Positions 42,088-53,521 are shown, counted from the stretch's first letter. The stretch is DNA of 64,000 nucleotides from Cyanobacteria bacterium J06626_4 (GCA_038523235.1 JBCBJQ010000011.1:40948-104947); one strand, 5' to 3'. Numbers and translations: made by a program. Notes: generated by a model from the sequence alone, not told the origin.

Positions 42088-42501
42088 TTAGCGTTTGGAG
42101 AACTGAGGGGCTTTCCGCGCTTTCTTGAGGCCGTACTTCTTACGCTCTTTACAGCGGGGATCACGGGTTAAGTACCCTTCGACCTTGAGCGGTTTTCGGT
42201 TCTCCGGATCTAGCTCACACAGAGCCCGAGCCACTCCCATTTTAATCGCGTCAGCGTGACCCGTGAGCCCACCGCCATGGACATTGACTAGAACGTCGTA
42301 CTCACTTTCTAGGCCTAACGTTTCCAAGGGCGCCTTGACGGTCGTCAGATAAGCCGCATTGCCCTGCAGATGCAGCTCAGCCGGACGGCCATTAATGGTA
42401 ACTTGACCACTGCCAGGCACCAAACGCACCCGAGCGATCGCCGATTTGCGGCGGCCCGTGCCCCAATAAACCACGCGATCAGTATTGTCAGTCGCTTGCA
42501 T
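42088..42501 (-). CDS. rpsI: 30S ribosomal protein S9
   Basis: GTGRRK...[19 protein letters not shown]. Confidence 0.98.
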   Translation of the reverse strand: MQATDNTDRVVYWGTGRRKSAIARVRLVPGSGQVTINGRPAELHLQGNAAYLTTVKAPLETLGLESEYDVLVNVHGGGLTGHADAIKMGVARALCELDPENRKPLKVEGYLTRDPRCKERKKYGLKKARKAPQFSKR

Positions 42502-42956
42502 TATGCTTTTCCTCCAGGAGTCGTATTGATAACCAGGGTCTCAGGTTGTTGAGCGTCGTGGGGATGCTCATTACCGGCATAGACCTTCAGCTTGGTAAAC
42601 AGCTTCCGCCCCAAAGCATTCTTCGGCAGCATCCCTTTGACCGCTTTTTCGATGATGCGCTCAGGGATTCGATCTTGAAGCTGTGCAAAGGTCTCAGTCT
42701 TCATCCCGCCGGGTCGTCCCGAGTGACGGCGATAGAGCTTCTGGCTGGACTTGTTGCCCGTCACAACTACTTTTTCCGCATTCACGATGACAACAAAGTC
42801 ACCGGTATCCATGTTGGGCGTAAAGGTGGGTTTGTTTTTACCGCGAAGAATGCTGGCAACCTCAGTAGCTAGGCGTCCAAGGCGCTGATCAGTCGCATCA
42901 ACGACATACCATTTACGATCAATTTCATCAACGGGTGGGATGTAGGTTTTAGTCAT
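42501..42956 (-). CDS. rplM: 50S ribosomal protein L13
   Basis: WYVVDA...LGRLA...GKNKP...GMLPK. Confidence 0.98.
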   Translation of the reverse strand: MTKTYIPPVDEIDRKWYVVDATDQRLGRLATEVASILRGKNKPTFTPNMDTGDFVVIVNAEKVVVTGNKSSQKLYRRHSGRPGGMKTETFAQLQDRIPERIIEKAVKGMLPKNALGRKLFTKLKVYAGNEHPHDAQQPETLVINTTPGGKA

Positions 42957-43021
42957 GGGTTTCTTTGGAAAGGTTCAGAGCAAGGTGGGCAAGATCGCTG
43001 ACTGGATTCAAACGGCAGATT

Positions 43022-43906
43022 TTAGACGGCGACCGGGGGAGAACAGGGAGAGAAACAAAACTGCGGTTGTGTGTCGTACCAAATATTGGGCGAAAAGGGA
43101 AAATGTTCATACCCGACTCGTAACAAGCAAAGGCCACTGGCCGGAGCCGCGTACTTTACCTGGTCTCGCTGTTGATTTTGCCAGAGACCAGTGAACTCTT
43201 CCACACTGAGCATGCCCCGTCCGACCTGGACCAAAATCCCCATCAGGAGACGTACCATGCCGTACAAAAAACCGTTTGCCTGCAGTTCCACCGTTACAAA
43301 TTGATCCCGACGGCGGCATTCCACGTGCTGCAGTTCTACACAAGCGTGAGATCGCTTAGAGCCCGATCTTTGGAAGGCCGTCAGGTCATGGTAACCCAGC
43401 AAAGGGGCTAGGGCCGCTTGCATGAGCCCCTCGCTCAAAGGCTGATGGTAGTAGTGCCAAGAGAACGGGCGAACAAAGAGATTCGGAACCGGGTGGGTAT
43501 AAATGGTGTACCGATAGCGTCGCCACTGCGCCGAAAACTGAGCATGCCAATCATCTGGCACTCGCGCCGCTGCCCGAATCACGATGTCTGCCGGGAGGCG
43601 ACTGTTGAGGATACTCGCCCAGCGCTGGGCAGGAATCATCGTCGGAGCCTGAAAGTGAGCAACCTGAGCGGCAGCATGGACGCCGGTATCGGTTCGCCCA
43701 GCCCCACAAAGGGTCACAGCGTGGCCCAACACACTGGCGATCGCAGTCTCAATATCCCCCTGCACCGTTCGCTCACGCGGTTGACGCTGCCAGCCGTGGA
43801 AGTGAGTGCCGACATACTGCACAACAATCGCTACCCGCTGGAGTTGAGTCCACCGAGGAGTGCCATGGGCATGCAATTGGTCAGGTAAGGGGGTCGGACG
43901 CGACAT
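43022..43906 (-). CDS. truA: tRNA pseudouridine(38-40) synthase
   Basis: GWQRQ, AGRTDTGVHA, FLYGMVR. Confidence 0.96.
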   Translation of the reverse strand: MSRPTPLPDQLHAHGTPRWTQLQRVAIVVQYVGTHFHGWQRQPRERTVQGDIETAIASVLGHAVTLCGAGRTDTGVHAAAQVAHFQAPTMIPAQRWASILNSRLPADIVIRAAARVPDDWHAQFSAQWRRYRYTIYTHPVPNLFVRPFSWHYYHQPLSEGLMQAALAPLLGYHDLTAFQRSGSKRSHACVELQHVECRRRDQFVTVELQANGFLYGMVRLLMGILVQVGRGMLSVEEFTGLWQNQQRDQVKYAAPASGLCLLRVGYEHFPFSPNIWYDTQPQFCFSPCSPPVAV

Positions 43907-43927
43907 GATAGGGTGGTAAGTGCGTGG

Positions 43928-44278
43928 CTAAGTCAGCTCAATGATGGCCATTTCAGCGTTATCGCCTCGGCGACGAACGGTACGCAAGATGCGGGTATAT
44001 CCACCGTTACGTTCGCCATACCGATCCTGAGCTTGCTCGAACAGCGCATGAACCAGCCTTTTATCGTACATGTAACCCAACGCTCGACGGCGAGCCGCCA
44101 GAGACCCATCTTTAGCCAGCGTGATCATTCGATCTGCTTCTGACCGCACGGCCCGAGCGCGGGCTTTTGTGGTTTTAATTTGACCATTGCGGATCAGCTC
44201 AGTCGTGAGCGATCGCAATAAAGCTCGGCGTTGATCAGCCGGTTTTCCCAGTCTTGGGACACGACAAGCGTGGCGCAT
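43928..44278 (-). CDS. rplQ: 50S ribosomal protein L17
   Basis: MRH...IKTT...RNGGYTRI...RRGDNA. Confidence 0.98.
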   Translation of the reverse strand: MRHACRVPRLGKPADQRRALLRSLTTELIRNGQIKTTKARARAVRSEADRMITLAKDGSLAARRRALGYMYDKRLVHALFEQAQDRYGERNGGYTRILRTVRRRGDNAEMAIIELT

Positions 44279-44377
44279 AGTCACTTCCCTCCTTCAATTG
44301 ACACAACTCAACAGTAAAAATCCGAAGCGGGGAGCTTCGGAGAAATATCCCCAACCACAGTTGGGGAAAGCCTTTGG

Positions 44378-45325
44378 CTAGGCAGTCTTGGCCGACTTTT
44401 CAGCGGGCAACGTGATGCCCAAACGCTGCTGCAGCGCCTCAATCACCTCATCTGCCGACTTTTGCCCAAAATTCTTGATTTCCAGCAGGTCTTCCTGAGT
44501 GAAGTCCAAAAGATCGGCCACCGAATTGACCTGAGCCCGCTTGAGGCAGTTGTAGGCTCTCACCGAAAGCTGTAGCTCTTCAATGGGAATGTGATTGGTG
44601 GGATCTTCTTCCTTCGGCTCCTCGTCAGATTTCGGCTCTAGCGTCACATCCTTAAGCGGATTGAACAACGAAACCAAAATTGCTGCCGCTTCGCTCATGG
44701 CTTGCTGAGGGGTCAAGCTACCATTCGTGGTGACTTCCATGACTAAGCGGTCTTTTTTCAAAGAGCCACCTTCCATCACGTCTTCTACGGTGTAATTCAC
44801 CTTTCTGACAGGCATGAAGATTGCATCGATCTGCATGAAATCTAAAGCAGCCGCTTCATCGTGACTCCGCTCGATCGCCCGATAGCCTTTGCCCAATTCG
44901 ATCCGAAATTCCATTTCGAGAGTATGTCCCTCTGCCACAGTGGCGACATACTGGTCGGGGTCGATAATTTCCACTTCAGAAGGCAAATCAAAATGGCCTG
45001 CTGTCACTTTGGCCGGTCCCTGAACCAGTAAGCGGCCAATTTGTGGTTGAGCAGAATAGCTCTTGAGCACCACTTCTTTCATGTTCAGCAGAACATCCAG
45101 AACATCTTCGCGAACCCCAGGTACGGTGGAAAACTCGTGAGTTGCTCCGGCAACTCGCACTGCCGTAATTGCCGTCCCCTCCAGGTTTGAAAGCAATACT
45201 CGACGCAACGCGTTGCCAACAGTGATGCCCTGACTGCGCTCCAGCGGTTCGATCAAAAAACGACTGTAATGACTTTGATCATCGCCAATTGACGACTCAA
45301 CACACTCAACCTGAAACTGTGCCAC
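44378..45325 (-). CDS. rpoA: RNA polymerase alpha subunit
   Basis: GNALRRVLLS, HEFST.PGV.ED, alpha-CTD LSVRAYNCLKR. Confidence 0.98.
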   Translation of the reverse strand: MAQFQVECVESSIGDDQSHYSRFLIEPLERSQGITVGNALRRVLLSNLEGTAITAVRVAGATHEFSTVPGVREDVLDVLLNMKEVVLKSYSAQPQIGRLLVQGPAKVTAGHFDLPSEVEIIDPDQYVATVAEGHTLEMEFRIELGKGYRAIERSHDEAAALDFMQIDAIFMPVRKVNYTVEDVMEGGSLKKDRLVMEVTTNGSLTPQQAMSEAAAILVSLFNPLKDVTLEPKSDEEPKEEDPTNHIPIEELQLSVRAYNCLKRAQVNSVADLLDFTQEDLLEIKNFGQKSADEVIEALQQRLGITLPAEKSAKTA

Positions 45326-45370
45326 TGATGTGCCTCCCTTGCCTTGTCACTACTCTGAATACACCTCGAA

Positions 45371-45763
45371 TTAAACGCGTCGTCGCTTGGGCGGACGACA
45401 GCCGTTGTGAGGAATTGGAGTCACATCACGAATCAATGTAATTTCCAACCCAGCCGCTTGTAATGCTCGAATGGCCGTTTCCCGGCCCGCGCCGGGCCCA
45501 CTGACCATGACCTCGATTTGACGCATACCCTGATCCATGGCGCGTCGGGCCGCACTGTCAGCTGCCGTTTGGGCCGCAAACGGAGTCCCTTTTTTGGCAC
45601 CCTTGAAGCCACTGGCACCCGCCGAAGACCAGGAAACCGCACCCCCATTGGTGTCGGTAATCGTCACGATGGTGTTGTTGAATGTGGACTGAATGTGAGC
45701 GACACCGTTGGGCACATTCTTCTTGGTCTTACGTCCACCCGTCTTTTTTGTTGGTTTAGCCAT
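45371..45763 (-). CDS. rpsK: 30S ribosomal protein S11
   Basis: STFNNTIV...[18 protein letters not shown]. Confidence 0.98.
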   Translation of the reverse strand: MAKPTKKTGGRKTKKNVPNGVAHIQSTFNNTIVTITDTNGGAVSWSSAGASGFKGAKKGTPFAAQTAADSAARRAMDQGMRQIEVMVSGPGAGRETAIRALQAAGLEITLIRDVTPIPHNGCRPPKRRRV

Positions 45764-45863
45764 TTACTCTGTCTGCCGTCTTTGCTCAGTCACCAAAAAA
45801 CTGACGCGCTCCCGCCTACCGTCTATTCGCTAGACGTTGAGCTGGAATCCGTCAGTCAGTACG

Positions 45864-46244
45864 CTATTTCTTAGGCGCTTTTTTCTTGCCTGCAACAGTG
45901 CGCTTACCACTGCGGCGGGTGCGGGAATTGGTTCGGGTGCGCTGTCCTCTCACAGGAAGGCCGGCTCGATGACGCCGCCCCCGATAGCAACCAATATCCA
46001 TCAGTCGCTTAATGTTCATGCCTTCAAGACGGCGTAGATCCCCTTCGACTTCGTAGTCGTTCTCGACGGAATCCCGCAATCTCGAGACATCTGAGTCAGT
46101 CAAATCACGAACACGGATGTCAGGATTGACTCCCGTTTTCCCAAGAATTGCTTGAGACCGACTCAAACCGATACCGTAAATATATGTCAGACCAATTTCG
46201 ACCCGCTTATCTCTCGGCAGGTCTACGCCAGCAATGCGTGCCAC
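45864..46244 (-). CDS. rpsM: 30S ribosomal protein S13
   Basis: ARIAGVDLP...YGIG...[11 protein letters not shown]. Confidence 0.98.
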   Translation of the reverse strand: MARIAGVDLPRDKRVEIGLTYIYGIGLSRSQAILGKTGVNPDIRVRDLTDSDVSRLRDSVENDYEVEGDLRRLEGMNIKRLMDIGCYRGRRHRAGLPVRGQRTRTNSRTRRSGKRTVAGKKKAPKK

Positions 46245-46368
46245 TGACTCCTATCTCCCCATTGAATTTCACTATATCGGTGCAGCTTAGTCGTCGTGAC
46301 TAAAACTACTTGGTGAAATGCTTTTCCACCAATGCTCAGCCCTCTTCACCCAGCGATCGCCAAGGATA

Positions 46369-46482
46369 TTACCCTTGACGTTGCTTATGTTTCGGGTTGG
46401 CACAGATCACCATCACTCGGCCTTTACGACGAATGACGCGACACTTATCACACATTCTTCGGACGGATGCGCGGACTTTCAT
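46369..46482 (-). CDS. rpmJ: 50S ribosomal protein L36 (not in ORF track)
   Basis: [37 protein letters not shown]. Confidence 0.98.
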   Translation of the reverse strand: MKVRASVRRMCDKCRVIRRKGRVMVICANPKHKQRQG

Positions 46483-46515
46483 GTCCCTTACTCAGCACTC
46501 CACTACAGAATTGCG

Positions 46516-46545
46516 ATTCTAGCAAAGATAAGCAACCCCCGTCAA
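46516..46545 (-). promoter_or_regulatory. Sigma70-type promoter for the rpmJ-alpha operon
   Basis: Minus strand TTGACG-N18-TAGAAT with TGn extended -10. Confidence 0.7.
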
Positions 46546-46762
46546 ACTATTTTTCAAGGGGTTGGCCGCTAAATCACAAAGACCGCCCCTTGCTTGAGCA
46601 AAGGCAGTCTTTGACGGGGGCATTTACCGAGAATGGGCCGATGTTGAGCAAGATGATTCAGCGTGGCTATGATGGCTGGGCAATCGCCGATTCATCAGTA
46701 CAGCGGCAGATAATTCACGACGAATAGCCGACTACGGAGTTGAGGAATTATCGTTAAAGCGC

Positions 46763-47167
46763 TTATGCTCCCCGCTTGAGAGCGGCTTCAACTTGTTTGA
46801 ATTCTTGTTCTAATCGATTTTTGAGTTTGTCTGGAATTGGACGATTAGGGTAAGAGCTGTAGTGGCCCGCTAGAGCGTTGAGGGCGGTTCGGGTGGTCGC
46901 GAAAGAACTTAGCCCTTCGACCGCATTGTCGCGGCGGTAGAACGAAAAGAAATCGTTGATTAGGTTACGGGCGTTGGCCTCCGCCACATTCTTGTCAGGG
47001 TCATCGGTCGAGAGATTGATGGCCGTCCGTAAGGTCTCAATTACGGTCAAGGTATCTTGGCGATAGTCCCCAGACATTTGCCCACTCACCCCAGCACTGT
47101 TGCAACCGGTTAGACCAATGACGGCAACGAGAATAAGGGCGAAAAAACGGGTTAATAACTGTCTCAT
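46763..47167 (-). CDS. psb27: Photosystem II assembly lipoprotein Psb27
   Basis: Lipobox LTGC; GDYRQDTL...YRR...TALNALAGHY...RL..EF. Confidence 0.95.
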   Translation of the reverse strand: MRQLLTRFFALILVAVIGLTGCNSAGVSGQMSGDYRQDTLTVIETLRTAINLSTDDPDKNVAEANARNLINDFFSFYRRDNAVEGLSSFATTRTALNALAGHYSSYPNRPIPDKLKNRLEQEFKQVEAALKRGA

Positions 47168-47562
47168 AAGTACCTACGCAGTTAGCTACAACGGTGCCAC
47201 ACCTTAAAGGGTATGTCTGCTATATTACCCCGTTGTGCTGTCGCTTCGAGGTTTTTCTGTCTGGTGACGCCTGGCGACAGATAACGCCATCCGGTTATCT
47301 ACGGGGCTGACCGGCAGACACGAGAAAGATGCCAGCGCCTTGGTTAACGACAATCCATCAGGGCTGGGCAAGAGGAAGCTGTTTGCCCAGCTGCCGGGGC
47401 AGGAAGACTGCTCCTCAGCTACAGCTTAGGGAAGCTTGATCTGCAGGTTCAGCAGCCGGGGAAGGGTGGGGCGCCAATCAAAATCCAGCTATGGCGATCG
47501 CGCTGACACGTAATAATGAAGCCTAGTGACTCTGATGTAATGGAACGGTGTGCTAGAGCCCC

Positions 47563-48081
47563 ATGAATTATTTGATAGCTGTTTTGAGCGATCGCATCCA
47601 AGTCGAAGGAGCCTATTCCGCGTTGGAAGAGGCTAAGTTCGCGATGGGAGAAGTGGCGATCTTGGGTAAGGGGTACAAAACTGCTGATGAATATGGTCTC
47701 ATTGACCCGGCTAATGAAGCCTGGAAGCAAATGCGACTGATGATGGTTTGGTTAGTGCCCTTTGGGTTTATTGCCGGTTTTGGCTTTAATGCAGTGACGG
47801 GTCTAGATACATTCCCTTGGGCCGGTGCTTGGGGCAACCAGATCATCGGCGGGCTGCTGGGGGCCGGGTCAGGGGCGATGGGAGCCTTTTTTGTCGGCGG
47901 CGGAGCGGGAGCGGCCTTTGGTAGTGGCGATGCTCTGTCCTATCGCAACCGCTTAGCGGCAGGCAAGTATTTGCTAGTGGTGCGAGGGTCTGATGCTGAG
48001 ATTCGCCTAGCGACGCCAATTGTCCGCCGCTTTCGCCCGGAAAATATTCAGGGCTATACGGCTCCACCGGCAAATGTTTAA
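47563..48081 (+). CDS. Conserved membrane protein of unknown function
   Basis: 172 aa, two Gly-rich TM segments, YRNRL..GKYL. Confidence 0.75.
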   Translation: MNYLIAVLSDRIQVEGAYSALEEAKFAMGEVAILGKGYKTADEYGLIDPANEAWKQMRLMMVWLVPFGFIAGFGFNAVTGLDTFPWAGAWGNQIIGGLLGAGSGAMGAFFVGGGAGAAFGSGDALSYRNRLAAGKYLLVVRGSDAEIRLATPIVRRFRPENIQGYTAPPANV

Positions 48082-48214
48082 GCCGCCCGCGATTGGATGA
48101 TCGGGTGATTTCCGCATACATTGGTTGATCGCCTCTCGCGATTTAGACGCTGGGGTGTACGCTCCGGCGGGGCAGGCAAGAGCTTTGAGAATCCGGTGTT
48201 TCAGGAAAAAACAA

Positions 48215-48577
48215 ATGACGCAGAAACGGCTGGTTATTGAAATGGGGATGGGGGTTGATCAGCATGGTCAAGACCCTACGGTGGCAGCCGCTCGCGCGGT
48301 GCGCAATGCGATCGCCCACAATGCGCTACCGGGCGTGTGGGAAGTCGCTGGTTTAGATCATCCCAGTGAGATGTTAGTCGCGGTGCAGGTGGCTGTCCCC
48401 TTTCCCGAAACCGTTAGACAGGATGAGGTCTTGGCGGTTCTACCCTTTGGTCAGAAAACGCTCACTCTGGAGTCAGGGGGCATGGTCGTACCGGGCAAGG
48501 CGATTCCGGAGTTAAATGACAAAAACGACGACATGTATGTGGCGATCGCCGCCGTCACCGTCTCGATTCCGGAGTAA
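48215..48577 (+). CDS. Lin0512 family protein
   Basis: IEMGMGVDQHGQD.T.AA.RAV.NAI. Confidence 0.88.
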   Translation: MTQKRLVIEMGMGVDQHGQDPTVAAARAVRNAIAHNALPGVWEVAGLDHPSEMLVAVQVAVPFPETVRQDEVLAVLPFGQKTLTLESGGMVVPGKAIPELNDKNDDMYVAIAAVTVSIPE

Positions 48578-48659
48578 GTGAGGATACAAGAAGCCTTCTC
48601 AGGTTTCGCAACGCAGCAAAGTGGCCGCCGTCTTGGCCTCACTGGACTGGTGATGGTGA

Positions 48660-50246
48660 TTAACGGCTCTCGACCCGCAGGTGGCTCAAATCAGCCGGGT
48701 CGCCCGAGAGTTTGATCTGTCGTTCATTCGCGTTGAGATGGCGCAAGATTTTGTAAAGGGTCTCGATCTGGGCAGCGGCGTTGATGTGGGCAGCCAAGTC
48801 GGCGATGGTCATTGCACTAGGAGCAGCTTTAATGGCATCCAGGGCATCAGTCTGCAGTTGTAAGATGCCAGCCGCCGCTTTTTTGCCCGCCTCAACCCCC
48901 GGCTGGTGATAAGCGTTGATATTGACCAGCGCCGCATAAAGACCCACAGCTCTTTCATATAGGGCGATCAGTGCTCCCACAATTTCAGGCGTCACCTGGG
49001 GAACGGTGATGGTGATGGAATCTCGCTGATTGTCGTAAAGTGCCTGTCGGGTGCCTAACAAAAACCCACAGAGAAAGTCGCCAGCCGTTGCCCCCTGATC
49101 AATGGCGATGGAATCACCTTCTCGATCTTTCAACACTTCAATGAAGGTGACAAAGAAGTTGTTAACCCCTTCGCGCAGTTGCTGAACGTAGGCATGTTGG
49201 TCGGTTGAACCCTTGTTGCCATAGACGGCGATACCCTGGTTGACCACCTGACCATCGAGGTCTTTTTCTTTGCCGAGGGATTCCATCACTAACTGCTGCA
49301 AATAGCGGCTAAACAGGGCCAGACTGTCTTTGTAGGGCAGTAGTACCATGTCTTTCAGTCCCTGGCCTTCGCCGACAAAGTACCAGCTCATAGCGAGCAT
49401 GGCTGCCGGATTTTGGCGCAGCTCCGCCACGCGAGTCGCCGCGTCCATGACTTTAGCGCCGTTTAAGATGGCGATCATGTCGATGCCTTCGAGCGCGGCC
49501 GGTAATAGTCCCACCGAAGAGAGTTCTGAGGTGCGGCCACCGACCCAGCCATGCATGGGAAAGGTGCCTAGCCACCCCTGTTGGAGGGCGACTTTTTCGA
49601 GGTTGCTGTCAATGCCGGTCACGGCGACGGCCTGTTTCGCAAAGTTTAGGCCCAACTGGTTAAAGCGGTGCTGAACTTCAACCATGGCGTTGCGGGTTTC
49701 AGGCGTGCCGCCGGATTTAGAGGTGACGATCACGAGCGTGGTCGCGAGGCGATCGCCTAATCGATGCAAGATGCGATCGATCCCCGCCGGATCAGTGTTG
49801 TCAATGAAATGAGCTTTAAGGGGCGGCTGATCAGCCGTGAGCGCTTCGGATACGAACTGGGGACCGAGGGCTGAGCCGCCGATGCCAATACACAGCAGAT
49901 CGGTGAACTTGTCTTGCCCGGGGGGACACAACTTACCCGTGTGCACCTGCTCGGTGAATATTTTGATGTCTTGAATGGTTGATAGAATATCTTGTTTGAG
50001 GGCCGGAGACGGTGCTCGATCTGGATCTCGTAGCCAGTAATGGCCCACCATGCGGTTTTCGTCAGGGTTGGCGATCGCCCCTTGCTCCAGCGCTGTCATG
50101 GCGGCAAAAGCTACGGCAAATTTCGGCTGTATCTGCTGTATGAAAGCCGCATCAAATCTGATGCGGCTGATGTCGAGATAGAGATTGAGCTCCTCGTGGT
50201 GATAGAGCCAGTCCTGATAACGTTGCCAAAGTGCAATCTCGTCCAT
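48660..50246 (-). CDS. pgi: Glucose-6-phosphate isomerase
   Basis: [43 protein letters not shown]. Confidence 0.97.
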   Translation of the reverse strand: MDEIALWQRYQDWLYHHEELNLYLDISRIRFDAAFIQQIQPKFAVAFAAMTALEQGAIANPDENRMVGHYWLRDPDRAPSPALKQDILSTIQDIKIFTEQVHTGKLCPPGQDKFTDLLCIGIGGSALGPQFVSEALTADQPPLKAHFIDNTDPAGIDRILHRLGDRLATTLVIVTSKSGGTPETRNAMVEVQHRFNQLGLNFAKQAVAVTGIDSNLEKVALQQGWLGTFPMHGWVGGRTSELSSVGLLPAALEGIDMIAILNGAKVMDAATRVAELRQNPAAMLAMSWYFVGEGQGLKDMVLLPYKDSLALFSRYLQQLVMESLGKEKDLDGQVVNQGIAVYGNKGSTDQHAYVQQLREGVNNFFVTFIEVLKDREGDSIAIDQGATAGDFLCGFLLGTRQALYDNQRDSITITVPQVTPEIVGALIALYERAVGLYAALVNINAYHQPGVEAGKKAAAGILQLQTDALDAIKAAPSAMTIADLAAHINAAAQIETLYKILRHLNANERQIKLSGDPADLSHLRVESR

Positions 50247-50491
50247 AACAGTTTTCCGAGTATGTATGGGGACAGTCAAAAGTATTCCAACTCAGTTTAA
50301 GGAAACACGGTTACGCAGGGCAGAGCTTCCCGACCACTTTTATTGAAAGTTGTTGATTGCTGGGTGGGTGAATAGCGGGGAATCGTTGGGAACCGGCATT
50401 CAAGGCTTGGGATGGACTGATGGCGAGGCGCAGCAGTGGGAGGCAGTGCGCATGGGGCCTGATTGCCGTCGCTGACGTGAACTTGATGGCC

Positions 50492-51268
50492 TCAAGGCCC
50501 TTCAGGCGTGGGCAAAACCTGCACAGTTCCAGCTAAGGAAAGCTGCTCAGCCTGAATTTCACAGGTTGTCAACTGCACCTGAGAGCCCAAATCGATGGCA
50601 AACCCCTGCAGGCTCGGCAGTGGGGTTGACTCTTCTGAGGCCATATCTATCAGCCAGTGGGGATCTTTGAGGCAGAGCTGATGCCCATCTTGAACTATCA
50701 ATTGTGTGGCGATCGCGATCGGCGGCAAATCGGCTTGCTGATCGGGCATTAGCCGCAAAATAATCTGCTCTGCTTCGATGCTGGCGGTGGGGCGGTAGTG
50801 GGGCAGCACCGTGTGGTTGGGCAGGGCTTGCAAGACCGCCTGTAGGTGAGAAGCCTCTGATTGTGCTTGGCTGAGCAGGCGCAGCAGGTCATAGAGACCC
50901 GTGCCTAAGAGTGGTGACTGCAAGGATTGATTGAAATCAGCCGTGGTGAGAAACACCTGACCACTGATGGGAAAGGCCGCCAGCAAGCGCAAAGGCTTGC
51001 GACGCAGCACCTGACCTAAATTGACGCGGATGCCGCTGGCTTTGACGTCCGCTTGACTCAAGTGAATGCCCTGGTAGATGGCTTTCTGGGCGGACAGAAC
51101 GACTTCCGGAATGTGACCTGAGAGTAAGTCGCGATCGCGCCCCTCAATCTGGAAGTTCAAATTTTCCACATGGTCGAGCTGTGTGGACAACCAAAATCGA
51201 ATGGCGGGCGGCAGAATCCGGCTGATTACCCGACTACCTTTCGACTGGCTTGGGGAGAACTCACTCAC
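50492..51268 (-). CDS. DUF2993 (LmeA-like) domain protein
   Basis: PAIRFWL...LLSG.IP...A.YQG...NLGQVLR.KPLRLL. Confidence 0.8.
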   Translation of the reverse strand: MSEFSPSQSKGSRVISRILPPAIRFWLSTQLDHVENLNFQIEGRDRDLLSGHIPEVVLSAQKAIYQGIHLSQADVKASGIRVNLGQVLRRKPLRLLAAFPISGQVFLTTADFNQSLQSPLLGTGLYDLLRLLSQAQSEASHLQAVLQALPNHTVLPHYRPTASIEAEQIILRLMPDQQADLPPIAIATQLIVQDGHQLCLKDPHWLIDMASEESTPLPSLQGFAIDLGSQVQLTTCEIQAEQLSLAGTVQVLPTPEGP

Positions 51269-51614
51269 TTAACCCGCTCCTCGGACACACTTTTCCACTC
51301 GTTATTCAACCACGCCAGTTGCACACTATCCGATGACCATAGACGCCTTTGCAATCGGCTATCAGCGAGTGGAGATCAAAAAGCAATGAATTCCTGACAT
51401 TCTCGGGAGCTCAGGATCGCAATGTCATGTTTTTGTGACATTGCGATCCCCGAAAAGCTTGTTCTATCGTGAAACCCTCTCGGTGTATGCACCTGAGGGG
51501 TTGTCCTGATCAGGATAGATCTGTCATAGTGTGGCCAACTCGTGATCCCAAGATTGTGGATTTCGATCCCCAAGCGATTTTTGTGGCTATCTCACCGCGT
51601 TAGGAGTGAATCTT

Positions 51615-52856
51615 ATGTCCCAGTCGATCCCGTCTCTTGATGACATGACGCTACGGCAACTGCGCAGAGTTGCCAGCGAGTATGAGGTCTCGCGCTACAG
51701 TCGCATGCGCAAATCTGAGCTGATTGATTCGATTAAGGCGGCTCAGACTCGTCGCACCGCTTCTGCCCCTGCCCCTGCTGCCAGTGTTGAGGGCCAAACC
51801 GAAGTTGAAGCGTCTAAGTTTATTCCCTCGACTGAGCCGATTCCCGCAGAAGTCTTAGCGTCAGTTGATGAAGGCCTGCCTGATTTGCCCAGTGGCTATG
51901 GCGAGAGTCGAATCGTTTTGATGCCCCGCGACCCGCAGTGGGCTTATACCTATTGGGATATTCCCAACAGCCATAAAGAAGAGCTGCGCCGGCAGGGAGG
52001 GGCTCGTTTAGCCTTGCGTTTTTACGATGTCACTGACATCGATATGAACTATCAGGCCCCCCACAGCTTGCAGCAGTACGAATGTGATGAGCTGGCTCGG
52101 GAATGGTACTTACCTATTCCTGTTAGCGATCGCGACTATGCGATCGAGATTGGCTACCTGTGCAATGATGGACGCTGGCTATTGCTGGCCCGCTCGGCTC
52201 AGGTGCACATTCCTCCTGTCTACCCCTCTGACTGGATTGAAGATCACTTCATGACCGTTGGTTGGGATCAAGACCTGCGCGGTGCCACGATTAAAACGCT
52301 CACTCACCCCACCAAACGAGTGGAAACCGCCTACGGCAGCAACGAGCTTTACGAAGAAATCTTCGGTCTGGCTGAATCTGCCGAGGCTCAGCGGATTGCG
52401 GGCTCGCTGTTCGGCTCAATGCAGCATGTCCCGAGTTCGGCGGTCAGCTCTTTTGCCATGCCATTGAGTTCCTATGTCTTCCCTTCGGGCGTTGGCATGT
52501 GGGCCGGCGAAGTGCCGACCATGTCGGGGCTCACCATGTCAGGTGCGGGCTTCTCGGCATCGGCACCGCCAATTCGCCCCCGTGAGTTTTGGCTAGTGGC
52601 CGATGCTGAACTGATTGTTTATGGTGCAACCGAGCCTGATGCAACCGTGACAGTTGGTGGCAAGCCCATTAAGCTCAACTCGGATGGCACTTTCCGGTTC
52701 CAAATGTCTTTCCAAGATGGGCTCATTGACTATCCCATCTTCGCAGTCGCGGCTGACGGTGAACAAAACCGGGCTATTCACATGAAATTCAACCGGGAAA
52801 CGCCTTACCGTCGAACCAATACGAAAGAAGACGCGGTTGAAGAGTGGCTCGTCTAA
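51615..52856 (+). CDS. DUF4912 protein with N-terminal Rho-termination-factor-like domain
   Basis: MTLRQLRRVAS...YSRMRK; LPSGYGESRIVLMPRDPQWAYTYW; FWLVADAELIVYGATEPDA; AGGAG RBS. Confidence 0.88.
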   Translation: MSQSIPSLDDMTLRQLRRVASEYEVSRYSRMRKSELIDSIKAAQTRRTASAPAPAASVEGQTEVEASKFIPSTEPIPAEVLASVDEGLPDLPSGYGESRIVLMPRDPQWAYTYWDIPNSHKEELRRQGGARLALRFYDVTDIDMNYQAPHSLQQYECDELAREWYLPIPVSDRDYAIEIGYLCNDGRWLLLARSAQVHIPPVYPSDWIEDHFMTVGWDQDLRGATIKTLTHPTKRVETAYGSNELYEEIFGLAESAEAQRIAGSLFGSMQHVPSSAVSSFAMPLSSYVFPSGVGMWAGEVPTMSGLTMSGAGFSASAPPIRPREFWLVADAELIVYGATEPDATVTVGGKPIKLNSDGTFRFQMSFQDGLIDYPIFAVAADGEQNRAIHMKFNRETPYRRTNTKEDAVEEWLV

Positions 52857-52960
52857 CCGCCTAATGTCCAAAGGTTAATCAAAAGAGCGTTGCCCGACCG
52901 GCGGCGCTCTTTTTTAATGAAAACTATTCTGTCAAACAAACTCCTTGCTAAGGTGAGGAT

Positions 52961-53521
52961 ATGGAAATCAAAGACATCACAACCTACCTGCAGGGGCGTT
53001 TTGGGGAGCAAACGCAAGTGAACCCGCCGGATGCGTGGCAGGTAGAAGCTGCCGACTTTCGCTTGCTGGTGCTGCTCTCGGCTAATCAAAGCTGGTTGCG
53101 TCTGCTGGTGCCCATCGTCCCAGCGCCAGATGCTCAACCCTATCTTGCCGAAATCCTCAGCGCTAATTTTGACCTGACTCAAGAGGCTCGCTATGCCTTG
53201 CATCAAAATGTTTTGTGGGGTGTATTTCAAGATGAGCTAGCGAGCCTGACAGAATCGCGCTTTGAGTCGGCGATTAGTCGGTTACTGGTGATGAAACAGG
53301 AAGGTATTGAGCCTTTTTTTAGTACTTTAATTGAGCAGCAGATTCGACAAATCATTGCGGCGGCCAAGCAGCAAGGGCAATCTTTAGAAACCACTCTGCA
53401 AACCCTCGATCGCTTCTACAGCGAGGGCATGATGGGTGATATGGCTGATAGTGACTATCAGGGACAGGCGTTAGAGGCTTGGCGGCGACAGCTAGAACGA
53501 CTGTGGACTGAGGAGACATGA
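52961..53521 (+). CDS. YbjN/CesT (T3SS chaperone-fold) family protein
   Basis: WQVE...RLLVLLS..QSWLRLLVPI...L.ANFD.TQE.RYA pattern. Confidence 0.6.
   Translation: MEIKDITTYLQGRFGEQTQVNPPDAWQVEAADFRLLVLLSANQSWLRLLVPIVPAPDAQPYLAEILSANFDLTQEARYALHQNVLWGVFQDELASLTESRFESAISRLLVMKQEGIEPFFSTLIEQQIRQIIAAAKQQGQSLETTLQTLDRFYSEGMMGDMADSDYQGQALEAWRRQLERLWTEET

Noticed and set aside
52961..53521. Type III secretion system
   Set aside because: Only a lone chaperone-fold protein; no injectisome genes.
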